Assembly (NCBI GenBank): GCA_001949185.1
Contig: BDGG01000023.1
Span: 190,925-254,924 of the forward strand
Reading direction: 5' to 3'
DNA: 64,000 nucleotides
DNA from: Ramazzottius varieornatus
Taxonomy: Eukaryota > Animalia > Tardigrada
This document shows, piece by piece, positions 12,340 to 25,657 of the stretch. The notes beneath the pieces were generated by a model, which was not told the DNA's origin, made no database searches, and saw only the letters and a list, made by a program, of their open reading frames with translations. The position numbers were made by a program, and so were the translations under genes. How positions within the stretch are numbered: position 1 is the first letter of the stretch; every line of letters begins with the position of its first letter.

Positions 12340-14031
12340 CTACGGCCATTGCTGTTCTGTTCTCCGACCCGGAACCTGTGCAAGTCGCTTCAGTCGCCCT
12401 TCAATGTATGGTATCTTGACGATGCCACGCTTGGTGGAGACTTCGAACTGGTAAGAAGGGACTTCCAGACCATTGTGGAGATCGGCGCTTCTCTGGGCCT
12501 CGAGCTCAATACGTCCAAATGTGATTTTGTTGTCTGTGGAGGTACTCCTACCCAACAGCAAGTTACACGCCAGAAAATGAAGCTCCTCTGCCCTGGCGTA
12601 ATATTTCCGGACAAGGAGACGCTAACGCTACTTGGAGCTCCAGTCTTCCCCGAAGCGATCCCTCCGGTCCTAGAGAAAAAGATCCAACAAGCTGAGCTCA
12701 TGACTACACGCTTGGAAGAAATCTCAGCCCACCAAGCTTTGTTTCTGTTGAAGAACTGTCTTAGTCTACCTAAGCTATTGTATATCTTTCGTTGCAGCCC
12801 GACTTTCAGTTGCCTTCCTTCCCTTCAAGCTTTTGATGAGACCATCCGGAAATGTGCAGGTGAAATCGCCAACATCGTAATGGACGACACGGTCTGGCGG
12901 CAGTCAAGCATTCCCGTCAGTAGGGACGGTTTCGGAATCAGACGCGTCGATGAACTGGCTCTCCCGGCCTTTTTGGCTTCCGTTCACTCGGCGTTCGATC
13001 TGGTGAAACAGATCTATCCTCAAGTCGACGCGAATGGTATAGTATCGCCAGCGATAAACCTCTGGCAGGAAAAAAATTTCTCACAGCCTCCCATTCTCAC
13101 TCTCCGATCAGCGCAGAAGGCGTGGGACATCCCGATACTTGACCCGCACTACCAAACCCTTCTGGATGCTAGTTTCCAAGCAGAAAGAGCCAGACTAGTT
13201 GCCGTATCAGCCAAGGACTCAGGAGCATGGCTTAATGCGTTACCCATTTCTGTTTTAGGTAATTTGCTGGACGACAACTCGTTTCGCATCTCAGTTGGTT
13301 TGCGTCTTGGGGCTAGGCTCTGTGAGCCCCACGTTTGTCGTTGCCAAAAACTTGTCGACGAGCTGGGGCGCCACGGCTTGTCTTGTCAGTTGAGTGCCGG
13401 ACGTCATTCTAGACATTCCGCTCTGAATGACTCCCTCCACCGTGCCCTCATCAGCTGTAAAGTCCCGAACGTCCTTGAGCCCAACGGGATCCTCAGGGAC
13501 GACCAGAAACGACCTGACGGACTGACGCCCATCCCGTAGCAACAAGGTAAGGCTCTGGTCTGGGATGTAACCTGTGTTGACACTCTTGCAGAAACATACC
13601 TGCGAGGATCAGCGGGGCAGCTTGGTTATGCCGCCAACAAGGCGGAAAAGCTCAAGAGACACAAGTACCGCGAGCTGGATGGTCGCTACCTGTTCTGTCC
13701 AGTAGCGTTCGAAACTTTCGGTCCTTTCCGGAACGAAGCATCCAGCCTTATCCAGCAGATAGGCAAAAGAATAGCAGAAGCCACCGGCGAAGCAAGATCT
13801 CTCTCGTTTTTGAAGCAAAAGCTTAGTATAGATATTCAACGTGGTAATGCTGCCTGTTTTCGGAACCTTTTCTAGTCATAGAGGTTTGGAGGAGATCTAT
13901 TCTATTGTCGATGTCAATAACCGAGATTTTCAGCTGATTTGAATTGTTTTATTGTTTTGTGGTCTGGTTCTACCGGGCCTCTTTACGCTTTTGCAAATTG
14001 GATTGCGTTTTGTGCATGGCTGTAATTAAAA
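12340..14031 (+). mobile_element. 5'-truncated non-LTR retrotransposon, RLE type (CRE-like): RT C-terminal half, zinc knuckle and restriction-like endonuclease
   Basis: Motifs WYLDD, CRC...HGLSC, RHSALND and RPDG, then a TAG at 13537-13539 where Trp is expected, then in-frame KALVWDVTCVDT...KRHKY...PVAFETFG...IQRGNAAC. The 3' end is approximate. Confidence 0.9.
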
Positions 14032-14732
14032 GTTTAATTCTCGCTACCCCGCTCAAATGGCGCATTTTGCACGTCGGTTTAGCACCCGGAAAAAAGGAAT
14101 TTCTTCATTTTCAAATTCCACAAGTCGCAGTGAGATAACTTCTGACGGCTGTTACAGGAATCTAACCTTCTAGCGGATGCCATAACTGGCTTCAAATGTG
14201 TCGAGCCAGGGCAAAGAGGAGAAATTCAGGAAAGAAATCCTCGTCCTGCGGGTCTAGGCTCTACGTTCTCTTCCTGTTGTCTACGCACGGACCTATTCCG
14301 TGATGCAAAAGAGGGACGATTGTTGATGGACAACCTATGGCATGGGAGGAAGAGAGATGATATTAGCCACATTCACAGAATTATTTTGAAAATTTTTGCT
14401 CGAACAGTTGCTAGCCATACTTTCGCACCTAATAATGGCGATTGTAGACTGAGAGACCCGACGTCGCGCCAGTACTGAGTCGGAAATTCTGATGCGATCA
14501 GTAGATGAAGGCCCCGTAGTTGTCGAGTCACGTAGCGGTCACACGTAGAGCTACTTGTTTGCAGCAGTGGGTATCGTCGTCCGATAAACCTCGTCTAATA
14601 ACTGCGGCTTAGCAGAAATGAGACTATCGAAATACTGCGACTGTCCCTGCATAATCGGAGCAGGGAAAATTTAGAAAGGACTCATTATTTCTGAATCGCC
14701 GTGGGTTACTGTAAAGTGTTTAAAATGTATCC

Positions 14733-16100
14733 TTAGCGGCTCGGTATTTTGAATAGTTCATTGGTCGGGAGGCCACAGAAGCATGCTCTGGTCTTGTGGA
14801 TGCAACTGATAATCACATTTTCGCGCCAGTGTGGATGCATTTTGAACACTGCGGCACCGCCGCAGGTAATTTCAGTAACTGTGACCGTCGAAATCATATC
14901 CTCCATTAGTTTCGATACCATAGGGTGCTCCTCAGGGCACGCCATAATTGTACAGGCTGATGGTGTGTGGCCGAGATTGGAGGGAATGCTACTCTATAGG
15001 GTACAAATGAAGTGGTTAATAGGGAACTCTTGAAACAGGTACCAGGAACTTTTGAAACTTGTGATTTCTGGGTCTGATGTTACGGAAAACCGGTAATCCC
15101 ACCCTGTCACTTGCTCCCAGCTTTTCCATCCTGCCGTTCCTACCCTGTTCTGCCAGGATGGGAATTTCCATCTCATGTATATCAGAGCCATTTAGGGTAG
15201 TCGTTTTCCACCAGGTCCGACCCTAACCGACCTGTGCTTGTGCCATGAAATTCTTGCCCCTCCCGCCCTACCCTGGGGTGAAAACGTCAGCCTACCTTGC
15301 CTGAAGGTGGCGCCATTCATCGTTTCCTGTGCGTGACCGCGCTGCAAATACGTCACAGCAACTACCAATGGTCCACCATTACACTGCTCGACTGTTTTAT
15401 CTGTCTCCGAGAACTTAGATGTGAGTTTCCCAATTACGTTTTCTGGTTATTATATCCGTGAAGTTCTTAATAACTGATTTGATCGCGATTCATATTTCTT
15501 CGGCAAGGTTTTGTCACATTCTTCTCCGGACCAATCATGTGGCCGCTACTCGTATTCGAAGTGATCTGAAGGCTGTCATCTTGCTACTTGCTAACGTCAC
15601 GGCGGTAGGTTTTATAATAGTGGGACCGAAAGAGGGTAAGTCTTAGCACATGGCGATCGAACGGACCGGTTCTTTGAGAGCTTATCAAGGTGAAACGCCA
15701 CGTCAGGAACAAAAAACGCGGAACAAGCATAGGCACCCCGTTAGCGTACAAAAAGGGTCGTCTGAGCGCGATTGACGGTCATTGCCATTGTTGCACAACA
15801 GTAAGGTTTCGGCTTTGTAGAAACGTTTCCGCTACTGTGTGTACAGTTTCCCCCGAAACTTTTACGTTGTCCATTTGTATGCCGCAATTATCTCCAGGAT
15901 GAACGGAATCAGGAAGCAGAATATCTATGAGCTCGACCGTAATTAGCTGGCAAAGCTTTTTAACCCAGGTTCGTGTCGGATCCGGCATCGGATGGTCCTT
16001 GAAGGATATCCGTATTGGGCCACATGTTTGCCGATTGAGCACGCGTTCTCGTCATACAGATTTGAAGTTAATGAAGAACGCCCCAAAGTGAAACTCAAGT
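14733..16100 (-). pseudogene. Decayed paralog of the F-box-like gene at 21417
   Basis: Fragments LLPDSVHPGDNCGI..NVKVSGE..ETFLQ and TIMACPEE..STVTV resemble YLPES..LHCGI..NAAVSGK..KTFLL and TIAVRCPEE..STLTI in ORF 21336-22112. Confidence 0.35.
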
Positions 16101-16170
16101 CAATCGATCTGACCCTCATTCGAAACCGAAAACAGAGAACTTTCATATAACCAAAAACACAGCTTGCGAT

Positions 16171-16613
16171 TAGTGATGTTCTAATATGGATTAATGAGAT
16201 CTAATATAATAGAAATAAATATCCGCCGGCCATCAAAGTTTTAATAAGTGACTACTACTATAGTAAAACGTCCACCTGATTTAATACAATATTACTATAG
16301 TAGAACTTTCGGGGGTTTGTTACTGAAATATATATTTTAATATCGGAGAGCTCGACGGAAGATCTGAAAAATTCAGAATCAGTATGCAGCAATTATCAGC
16401 GGTAGCGTTACCCGTATTAAAATATATTTTACTATAGATGATGGACAACTTAATAATGATAAAATATGGCATTTCCGGTTTCAAGCTACTAAAATATAAA
16501 TATTGGAATGCGGTGCCCGATTCTGTCTACTAAATATTACATAATTTAGTAGATATTCAAACCATCTACTATCATCTACTTTAATATAATATCACTATAT
16601 TAGAACATTCCTA
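16171..16613. mobile_element. hAT-type MITE
   Basis: TIRs TAGTGATGTTCTAATAT / ATATTAGAACATTCCTA with a perfect 8-bp TSD CTTGCGAT (16163-16170, 16614-16621) and an AT-rich interior. Confidence 0.9.
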
Positions 16614-16714
16614 CTTGCGATCCGCGGTGCGCCGTCTATTGGTTACCGTGTATCTTCGAGACATGGCGTTTTGGCCATTCAAGTCGATCGAGCAATCTTG
16701 CTGATCGTCACGTC

Positions 16715-19700
16715 TAGGGAGGATTATGGTTGGTAAAACGGTTAAACGGTTTGATAAGCGGTTGGATAAAACTTTATCCGGATACAGTGTGGTTGGTTAA
16801 AAGACTCATCCTTATCCAGCTCTCTGGTTAAAACTTTTATCCGGATAATATCCGGTTAAAATTCCGGTTAAGGATTCTCGTCAGATTTCAGCTGTGAGTT
16901 GAAGCTGTCGAACCTTCGTTCTGTTTACTCATCATCGTCAATCATCATCGCAACCATAGCTCCGAAGACATCAGTCCAAGAATACAAGCATAACATGGCT
17001 TGAATGGCTTCAGGCTCAAGTCGACCACGAAGGATGGTTATGTATCGACCGCTACCAGAAAAAGCACTTTCTGATGGCACGGACGAAGCCTGGGCACCCA
17101 GGACGTCTTTTACAATGCGGTGCAAAGTAGGATATCGCGTTTCACTCATACTACAGAAGTCTAAAACATCTCTTTTGGCTGATTCCTTCGGGTCCAAAAA
17201 GTACTGGTCCACCTCGTTCAGTTTAGTATCCGCTCCCGAAGTAACTTGTGGGATCATTCTTTCGCGAATAGACAGCGGCGTTTTAGGCGCTGAAACGGCT
17301 AACTGCGAAGTACTTCCGGAACCTCTTCTTTCACTATAGCCGGAAGAATTCATAGGCTTAGACTGCTATGGATATAATTCTGGTACCAGTTTGGATATGA
17401 TCATACTAAAAGATTTACTACCTTGGAACATTCTTGTATAGTTGCACTATATGTTTCAGCATGGTGCTGGCTGCGGTTCGGCTTTCCACTGTACGACGGT
17501 AGGCGTCTTTGATGCTCGGAACAAGCAGCCTGGTTATCATATTCGGACGCCAGGTTTTTTCCAGGATAATCTCAGGCAGTCCTCCAGTTCGGCTAACATG
17601 TCTTTAGCCAATTCGCAGATCCAGTGTGCCTGAAGTTAGCAAAACATACAGCTTTTGACGAAATACTGACCCTCCAGAGTTAGTACCGAAACATTTACTC
17701 ACAATAAAAAATGCATATAAACCTTGGCGTAGTCATCGTTAAAAGCTTTCAGGTGAGACCGTAAAAACTCCAGCTCGGCCAAGGCCATGTGGAAGGTTGA
17801 AGACTTAGAAGCCGAGCAATCAACAGCTCCCAGAGGCTTCAGAAGTTCGATGAGGTCTTCCATCTCGACCCATTCCTTCGCAGAAAGTACATCATTCTTG
17901 ATGGCTCCTTTCTGAGTGGACAAGTAGTCGTGAATTTCATGGCGACGTGCATAAGCTGACTCCACCATATGCAATAAGCTGTTCCACCGTGTGGCTACAT
18001 CCAACGGCAACTTGAGGTCCTCCGTCGCAGGCTGGATAGAAGCCAAGAAACTTTCGCGAATGGTGGGACGACGCAAGTAAACGACGCATGCGCGAATCTT
18101 CGAAACAGTATCAACCTTCTTGTACCTCCGCCACTTTATTCACCATGTGCGCTACACACCAATTCCAGAATGAGTTAACTGGAAAGAATAATATAGTCAG
18201 CGAGTTATTTACCGTAGTGAATATTGACCCTAGCAGAACATATATTGCCGCAAGGGCGTCTTCGAGCTATTTGTATTTGTGAATGTACACACTAACTCAT
18301 ATTTTCTTTATCGCTTATAAACGTTTACCTTCGGGTGAGAACTGCGCGGTTCTCGAAAAAGTACGCCTTTCAGTTTCCATATGAGCAAGCAATAAGTCGA
18401 AGAACTTTATCATGTTTGACGCTCCATCTGTAGTCACTCCAAAGACCCTGTGGGCGAATTTGGATTCTTTGAGAGTTTCCATAACTGCGTCTTTCATTTT
18501 TTCACCTGAGTGCTTATGAGGGATATATCGAGAGTCAAGGATAACATTTCTCAAGTTCTATTCGTTATCTATCCAGTGCAAGGTGATGACAAGTTATGAC
18601 TGCTTTCTGGCGCTTGCTTTCCACATGTCTGTAGTCAGTAAGAAACGACTCGTTACCGCAGACAGTTCTTCAATGGTCTGGACTTTCTTCGCTTTGTAGC
18701 CGTCGACGATAAGCCTCCGGAGGGTTTGTCGACAGGGCACCTGTTAAAATGCTTACATCGTTTACAAAAGTACGATAAAACAGATTCTAATTATCGCCCG
18801 AACATAGATCTGGTAATAATTATGTGATTTTACCTTGCAGCTAGCATTCAGACCACTAATGAGTTTGACAAATCGTGGTTCATCCACGGTGCTAATAGGC
18901 TTTGCAGTACAGACGATCCAATCCGTAAGGTTGTTCGTGTGACGAGTAGTTTCTTTCTTTGACATGAACTGTGGCTGGTCTTTCTGCTTTGCTTGAAACG
19001 CTGGATGAAGTGGCTTGTCTTTGGAAGCTTTTTGCAGTTTCGAAAGATGCACTTTCTTCATATGGTAGTGCAAGTTAGAAGTTCCTTGCACGTTCTTGTA
19101 GCCGCGCTTGCAGTAGTTAAATTTGGCTGTGGTTTTTCGGTCTTTACCAACCGATTTCCTGAAATGATCGTTCATATCTGAATGTGTCGCCTTACCCTTC
19201 TTCTTCGTTCCGGTTGGTAGTTGTACAGTGTCCCCTGCAGTTAGTTCCTCCGGGAAACTCTCAACGGTGCTTAGAGGTGCAGTGGGGCCTAGAAGTTCTG
19301 CCTCGAAATCGGCAACTTCATCGTGAAGAGCGTCATGGTGGCCATCGTCCTCTTCGTCGCTTTGTTGCCGATTCCAGGAGCGTTTACGAGTGGCCATATT
19401 GCAGAGTCCAGTTCCAATACCCTATAGACTATAGCACGTTGAACAATAAGGCAAAGGAAGCTAAAGAATACCATCAGAAATGTTGGCAGGCAAGAAGTGG
19501 AGGAAGCCGACATACTCTAACGGTGCAGCACGAACAGATACAGTATTTAACGCTAACTTCCGGTGCGGCTGCTAATTAGGAGATTGCGTAACAAAACGAA
19601 TTTTGAGCCAGTCAGCCCAAGACCTGTCGGCAGCTAGACTACAGCTCGTAACCTACAGCAGGATGCTTTGATCTCTGATTGATTCGAAGCTCATTAACCG

Positions 19701-19859
19701 GATAAAATCTGGTTGGATACGGACGTTATCCGGATCCTATCCGGTTGGTCAAGAGCTTTATCCGGCTAATAAGCGGATGGTTAATATGCTTATCCAATCC
19801 GTCTTTTAACCGGATATATCCGGATGTATCCGTCGTCGGTTGGTTTATTAACATCCCTA
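16715..19859 (-). mobile_element. Defective full-length hAT (Ac-like) DNA transposon
   Basis: Ends TAGGGAGG / CATCCCTA resemble the Ac TIR. Dense CCGGATA/CCGGTTA subterminal repeats occur at both ends and a transposase lies inside. No intact TSD was found. Confidence 0.9.
16925..19397 (-). pseudogene. Intron-containing hAT transposase pseudogene
   Basis: Degenerate BED finger (FNYC..GTSNLHYHMKKVH), TTDMW, TTDGASNM, DVATRWNS and the hATC motif YPTL..ASSVPSESAFS. Two in-frame stops lie at about 18556 and 18595. Confidence 0.9.
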
Positions 19860-19929
19860 CTGCTGCCTCAGCTTGATCAAGTCAGGCTGCAGCTTGGCTG
19901 AATTTGGAAATTCATTTTCGAAATTTAAT

Positions 19930-22112
19930 TTCAACGGCTGCGCTTTTCGTTTATTTTCGTACGCTTCTTGTTTCTCCTTCTTTTCAAATTATCTTGCCAC
20001 CGTCGGAAGCAGACAACTTGGAAATGGAGACCTATGGTACAGAAGAGCTGGAGAAACTTTTTTTGCGAGCTGAGGGGATCGCTCCAGATGGTGCAGATGG
20101 TGCAGCTGTTGTCAGGTAGGACTATCTGTTGGGATTCGTCTAAGAATGCTAGCGCTTCTTGCGTGCTTTGTCTTGACCTGTCTGTCTTGTTTCTTGCAGA
20201 GTATGTTCACTCGACTGTCGAGTTCAGAGCAGAGGAAGAAAGCAGCCATAAAGATGATCACACCAGCCAAAGATGTCAGAACCTAAACCGGGCGGTAAGA
20301 ATTCAACCGCTCCATACTCTATTTGCTTCATTGAGGCGTGTTAACGAACAATGTTTCTTCCCGTATAGGTGGAAGACGTTTCTGTGCCTGCTGGGCTGCT
20401 CGAGGGTCTTGAGGAGGAAGAAGAAGGTAAGTCCCAGCGTGCAGACTTGTTTCTAGATCGTGCTTGCCTTCTGTCCGGTCGATCCACAATACGGTTTTGA
20501 TTTTTGATTGTGCCTAAATTTTCGGCGTATCCTTGACCGGGCCGTGCGTCAAGCCCTTCCTTGCCGTTTCATACTCCAATCTTGGTTTCTCTCCTGCAGG
20601 CCAAGTATTGCTGGTCAGAGACTAGTAGCCGAAGGCAAGAACTGACGCAGATAGACGAGAATGGGACGGAGTGGTGAAGGGTGGAATCTGCCGTCGAGCG
20701 CCTCATGAGACTTTCATCCGGTAAAGAGATCGGTGAAGATCGGTGTGGTCGGTGCTGAGGGGGTGTCCCCGATGAAGTTTTGCCTTTAGTATGATCTGGT
20801 AACTCTCTTCCTGTTGTTTTGAAGTGACTGGATCCGTCTGACACTGAGACGGGAATTTCTCGGTGGAAAAAAGTCCTCCCTGCTGATTGTCGTTGTTGAA
20901 GTACTTTTCTAACAGTAACAACCTCTTCCTTCGAAAGTTGTTTGTTTTTTGCGGTCTGCGCTGGCGTGTTAACGGATTTCACCTATGTCCGTACCACGGC
21001 CATGTCTCGGATGAAAAAGTCCAATCCTTGTAACACAAGCGGCCAGTTTGCTCACGCGAATCATCAGTGTCCAATGAGGGGTGAGTTCTCGGCTTGGAAC
21101 GACGACTTTCCCGACCATCGAGTTCTACCGCCGCGCGGACCTTCTTCATGTTCTGGAATCCACCAGGTAAGTCACCGGCGCTGAAGCGACTGATGGTTCA
21201 CTCTTGAAACCGTAATGTAATTTTTCACGTCGTGTTGTACCGTAGACTTTCCATGTGGAGGTCGGCAACGTGTTTTGGCCTGTCTCTTCGCTTTCCCCAT
21301 GAAATAATTCTGGACTTGAGACGATTACCTTCGCTGTGGAACAAAATTGTACATATCCGACTATTTCGTCAAATCATTACCTGTTTCGGGTTTCGCGATC
21401 GAATGCGATTTACAGGGTGAGAGAACTTAGCAGCACGAAGTTTTCTTCCGTCCGGTACATGGCATCAGCTTGTTCTCGCAGAGTATCTCGCGCATGGAAG
21501 ATAGCTGACGACAGTCGGGACAGCAAGAAAGGTTTCTCCGTACTGTGCGAAAGCGTTAGCCCTCTTAAGTACCTGCCGGAAAGCCCCATGGATCACTTGG
21601 TACTTCACTGTGGAATCACCGATGTGTGCTCGGCCAAAAACGCAGCGGTCTCCGGAAAGTTTACCTGTTTCGGGAGTCGCCAACGCTGTCGCAATTTGAA
21701 GACTTTTCTACTGGCGAACCCTAAGATCACAACATTAACCCTGGCCAACTGCAACATGGAGGATGTTGGGGAGACAAACCAGCTGACCATCGCTGTTCGG
21801 TGTCCCGAAGAAGACTTCTGGTCAATGATCAAGTCAATTAAGTTCTACAACAGTACCTTGACCATCTCCCGTCTGGCTCCGACCGTATCGTGGGACTGGA
21901 CTATCCCACTTCCAAACGGGAAAAAATCTGCGTTCCTTGGTGGACCTTTGTGCATAACACTTCGCCGCAGAGCATTCTGTGCGGCTCTGCAAGAATTTGG
22001 ATGCAGATGGTCATATCAGGATGAACAGATGGGCTGGTTGAAGAGGAGATTGACAGTAATTAGGGACGAACAAAAAAAAGAGATACTCGGGTATTTACGC
22101 ACCAATGCGTAA
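19930..22112 (+). CDS. F-box-like protein or pseudogene; upstream acidic exons uncertain
   Basis: The exon from about 21417 has an F-box-like ending (YMASACSRRVSRAW) and an LRR-like segment (NPKITTLTLANC). Exon-like pieces with GT-AG flanks at 20200-20427 do not join cleanly. Confidence 0.4.
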
Positions 22113-23862
22113 GTTTTTCCCGTGTTGAATGTCAGCAGTTACTGTAGTGCAGCGTTTTAAAGAATCTTAAGTTTTGTTTGCAGGTTCCGACCACAAGATG
22201 ACATTACGCTGGCTTTGCACACTCCGCTGGAGTTTGAAGGGTTCTTCCTCAACACTGTTGACTGTGCTCTTATCGCGCATTACTTTGCGTTCATCCCTAT
22301 CTTGTGCTAGCACCATCCGGACATCTTCACGCCACCTGTCAGTCTTACTCCTCCACCTTACAAACTGTTGGGAAACTTTTCCTCGTGACAGAATATTACT
22401 GAAACAGCTTTACTAAAACTGCATTACTGAAACAGCTAGCCAGACATCCGCATTGAAGTGCCGAAGGCAAAATTGTACTGCAATGCTTCATGAACTTCGC
22501 GAAGTGACATCACAGTACGCGTAGGGTTCAAGGCTATGATGACGCATACAGCATCATAGCCTTGAACCCTTTGTTACTTGCTTCAAGAAGGAATATGTTG
22601 CTTCGTCGCGTTTGAAATTGGCGGTCATTTTGGTGAAGCAAACACAAAGTTTGTTTCCTAAACTGCATATATGGCAGCGGTGTTTGATCCAAGTCTTTCG
22701 ATCGTGCAGTAGAACACAGATGTGCTCGTACCTGCAAAAACTCTGTCCTGTGAAAGGAGGAGAATGACCTAGGGTACGCGAAAAAACATACTCAGTACAT
22801 GATAAACTCATCCATCGATCTCCCCTCTCTTCTCGAGTACGTGCTCACCGTTTCTGTGATTCAATTTGCCGAAACCAGGTAGGAGTTGGCGCTTCCATCA
22901 CCATACTCTGTTGACTGATAATTTGTAGTTAGAACAACCGTCACGATACGTGAATGGAAACGAAACGTGAGTGAATACCGAGCGCACCAATTTGCCAAAT
23001 TGGCTGGTACTATGGTGAGCACTCGGTCTTCAAGAACAGTGCCCTCAAAGAAGGAAGTGCGTACATCATCACGTTACAGAGGCTAACAGTAAAGTTTATC
23101 TTCGCATATCGACCACCTCACTTTTGTTTTATCAGGAGAAAATATGCAGACTGAATGTTGGTCTCTTCTTTTGAAAACCCGTTTTGGCAGATGGCCGCGC
23201 TTCTGGCCACATCAGGCTTGGCTTGCCCTTGTGAATGGATTAGGGTTTTGTATGGAGCCATTTTGCGGATCAGAGCGGTGGTGGATGGAACACTGTGTTG
23301 ATAGAATCTTCAGAAAACGAGGCCCACATATATTCCGATTTTACACCGCACTTCAAGGCCTAAACATCCATTTGGAGCTTACTCTTCTCGCGCAGCGCTG
23401 ACACCGGTAAGAACAACAGAATTAGACAATCAAAGTTTCTCATTCTATCCTTTTTCCCGTTTGCTTATTATCTTGCATGGGTGCTGCTAGATGAAACCGG
23501 CAAACATGGGTACGAACCCTAAACATTTCAGCACCTTTTCATGGTGGGGTATTCTACATATATCCGTGCACCAAGGGATTCGTCCGGTAGAAAAGATTTG
23601 TTGAATACTTGGTCACACTGTAATGGCCGGAGAGACTGCACACAAACTGTGGGCCAGGAAATGAAATCTGGTCTTTTGAGGCAGTGTCAATGCACAATGA
23701 AAATTTTTATCGATTTCACTCCTTCGTTCATATGAAGTTCGAATTGCGAGTTCGAGGTTCAGCCTAATTCACCCAAAGAATTGAGGAAATGAAATAAGGA
23801 AAGTGGACTGGGGAAACACGAAGGAATCAGGAGTCATGAGCACCTCTGCCACGCCGTTGAAA

Positions 23863-23984
23863 TGAGACGTCGGCAAATAAACTGAACATGATCGTCACCC
23901 AAGTGGCGCACCATGTCATTGTGATTGGCTGGAAAAGCACGCCAGTTGGGGAAAATGTCATGTTGAAGCTGTTTGCCTATCCCG
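23863..23984. repeat. Palindromic N25 element copy
   Basis: GAGACGTCGGCAAATAAACTGAACATGATC...AAGTGGCGCAC-25nt (contains GATTGGCTG)-GCACGCCAGTT. Confidence 0.85.
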
Positions 23985-24162
23985 AAATTAGGCATTGATA
24001 TCAACACGACCCGACGAGTGAACTTCGTCTGGATGTACTGCTCCAGAAGCTAGCAGGCTAGCTAAACCCAGTACCGGAAACGTTCTTGGTGGCGGTCTTG
24101 GATATCGCGACAGTCATGCTTTGTGCACTTCGATCACTTTGTCAAGTTCAGTTACACTGTCT

Positions 24163-24789
24163 TATAGAAGGCTCGGCGAAGCTAAAATAAGCCGCTTTAG
24201 CCGTTCTTAGCCGTGGCTAAAAATACTTTAGCCGCGGCTAAAGCAGCTAAAATACTTTTAGCAACGGCTAAAACGTATTGTGCGTNNNNNNNNNNNNNNN
24301 NNNNNNNNNNNNNNNNNNNNNNNNNNNNNNNNNNNNNNNNNNNNNNNNNNNNNNNNNNNNNNNNNNNNNNNNNNNNNNNNNNNNNNNNNNNNNNNNNNNN
24401 NNNNNNNNNNNNNNNNNNNNNNNNNNNNNNNNNNNNNNNNNNNNNNNNNNNNNNNNNNNNNNNNNNNNNNNNNNNNNNNNNNNNNNNNNNNNNNNNNNNN
24501 NNNNNNNNNNNNNNNNNNNNNNNNNNNNACTTTTGGTTTATTGCAGGTGTTTGACAACCTTCTTTTATTGGAAGACTTGGTTCTCTCCCAATAGCCCATA
24601 CTTCTTGGTTGATCGGCTAATCCCCTCATGATATCATTGTATCCAACCATCCTGCAATAACATTCGAACGCACAATACATTTAGCCGTGGCTAAAAGTAT
24701 TTCAGCTGCTTTAGCCGCGGCTAAAGTATTTTTAGCCACGGCTAAGAACGGCTAAAACGGCTTATTGTAGCTTCGCCGAGCCTTCTGTA
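24163..24789. mobile_element. MITE with long (about 120-bp) TIRs and an 8-bp TSD, spanning an assembly gap
   Basis: TATAGAAGGCTCGGCGAAGCT... / ...AGCTTCGCCGAGCCTTCTGTA with internal TTAGCCG repeats. TSD CACTGTCT at 24155-24162 and 24790-24797. Confidence 0.9.
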
Positions 24790-25657
24790 CACTGTCTCTC
24801 ATACGTATTCGTGCACCCCACACCCCCATTCGAGAATTCATAACTTCTGTCGCACTAATCCGATTTTGCTGATTCAGACGTCTTTGTACAGCTCAGGAAT
24901 TCGTCTCCACGATCACGTGGCTTTGGTCTAACCCATCGAAAAATCAACTGATGGTGCTCAGTCTATGAACCCTAAATACTACCATGTTTTCGGCACCGTT
25001 TTTCAAAGCCAGCCAGTAGCCAGTAGGCCCAGTACAACGTGCTTGTATCGTAACGCAGGATCAACATTGAGCTTTCGAACGGGCCCATGTGAGAATTTCT
25101 CGTGACTGCGGAAAGAGTTTTGCTAACATACCCACCAGGAAGGATTCTCGGTTCTCAGGTGATGAACATCCCTGACGCCCTGTCTTCGACATTCTGACTG
25201 CCAAGTTGCGTTCAAATGGTGGCCTCCGTCATGAGAACCAACAACCTGTATCGTGTGGTCCATTCGGTTGGCTCAGACGGAATATATCAAAAAAATTTTA
25301 AGATGCAGCGTGTTTTACGCGCCAAAACCCCCAAACCGACATGTTAGCAAAACTTATACTGCAGAGTCCCGTGAAATTCCCACATAGGCTTGTTCGAAAG
25401 CTCGATATTGATGCTACGTTACGATATAAGCACGCCGTACTAGCTACTGGCTGGCTTCGACAGAACGGTGACGAAAACATGGTAGTTTTTAGGGCTCATA
25501 GATTGAGCACCCTCAGCTGATTTTTTGATGGGGTTGATTTTTTGAAGCCACGTAGTCGTTGACTCGAATGCCTGAGCTGTACAAAGACGTTTGAACTAGC
25601 AAAATCGCATTAGTGCGACGGAGGTACGGGGTGCACGAATATCCATGAGAGCCTGTG
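24790..25657. mobile_element. Older foldback/MITE with about 330-bp diverged inverted arms
   Basis: 24790-25130 is an imperfect reverse complement of 25341-25657. The element is TA-flanked. Confidence 0.85.

Noticed and set aside
13537-13539. Programmed readthrough or alternative code at TAG-for-Trp sites in the RT and hAT
   Set aside because: A simple TGG>TAG transition in dead transposons explains it; host genes here use TAG as a normal stop.
24213-24680. ORFs spanning the N run
   Set aside because: Artefacts of the assembly gap.
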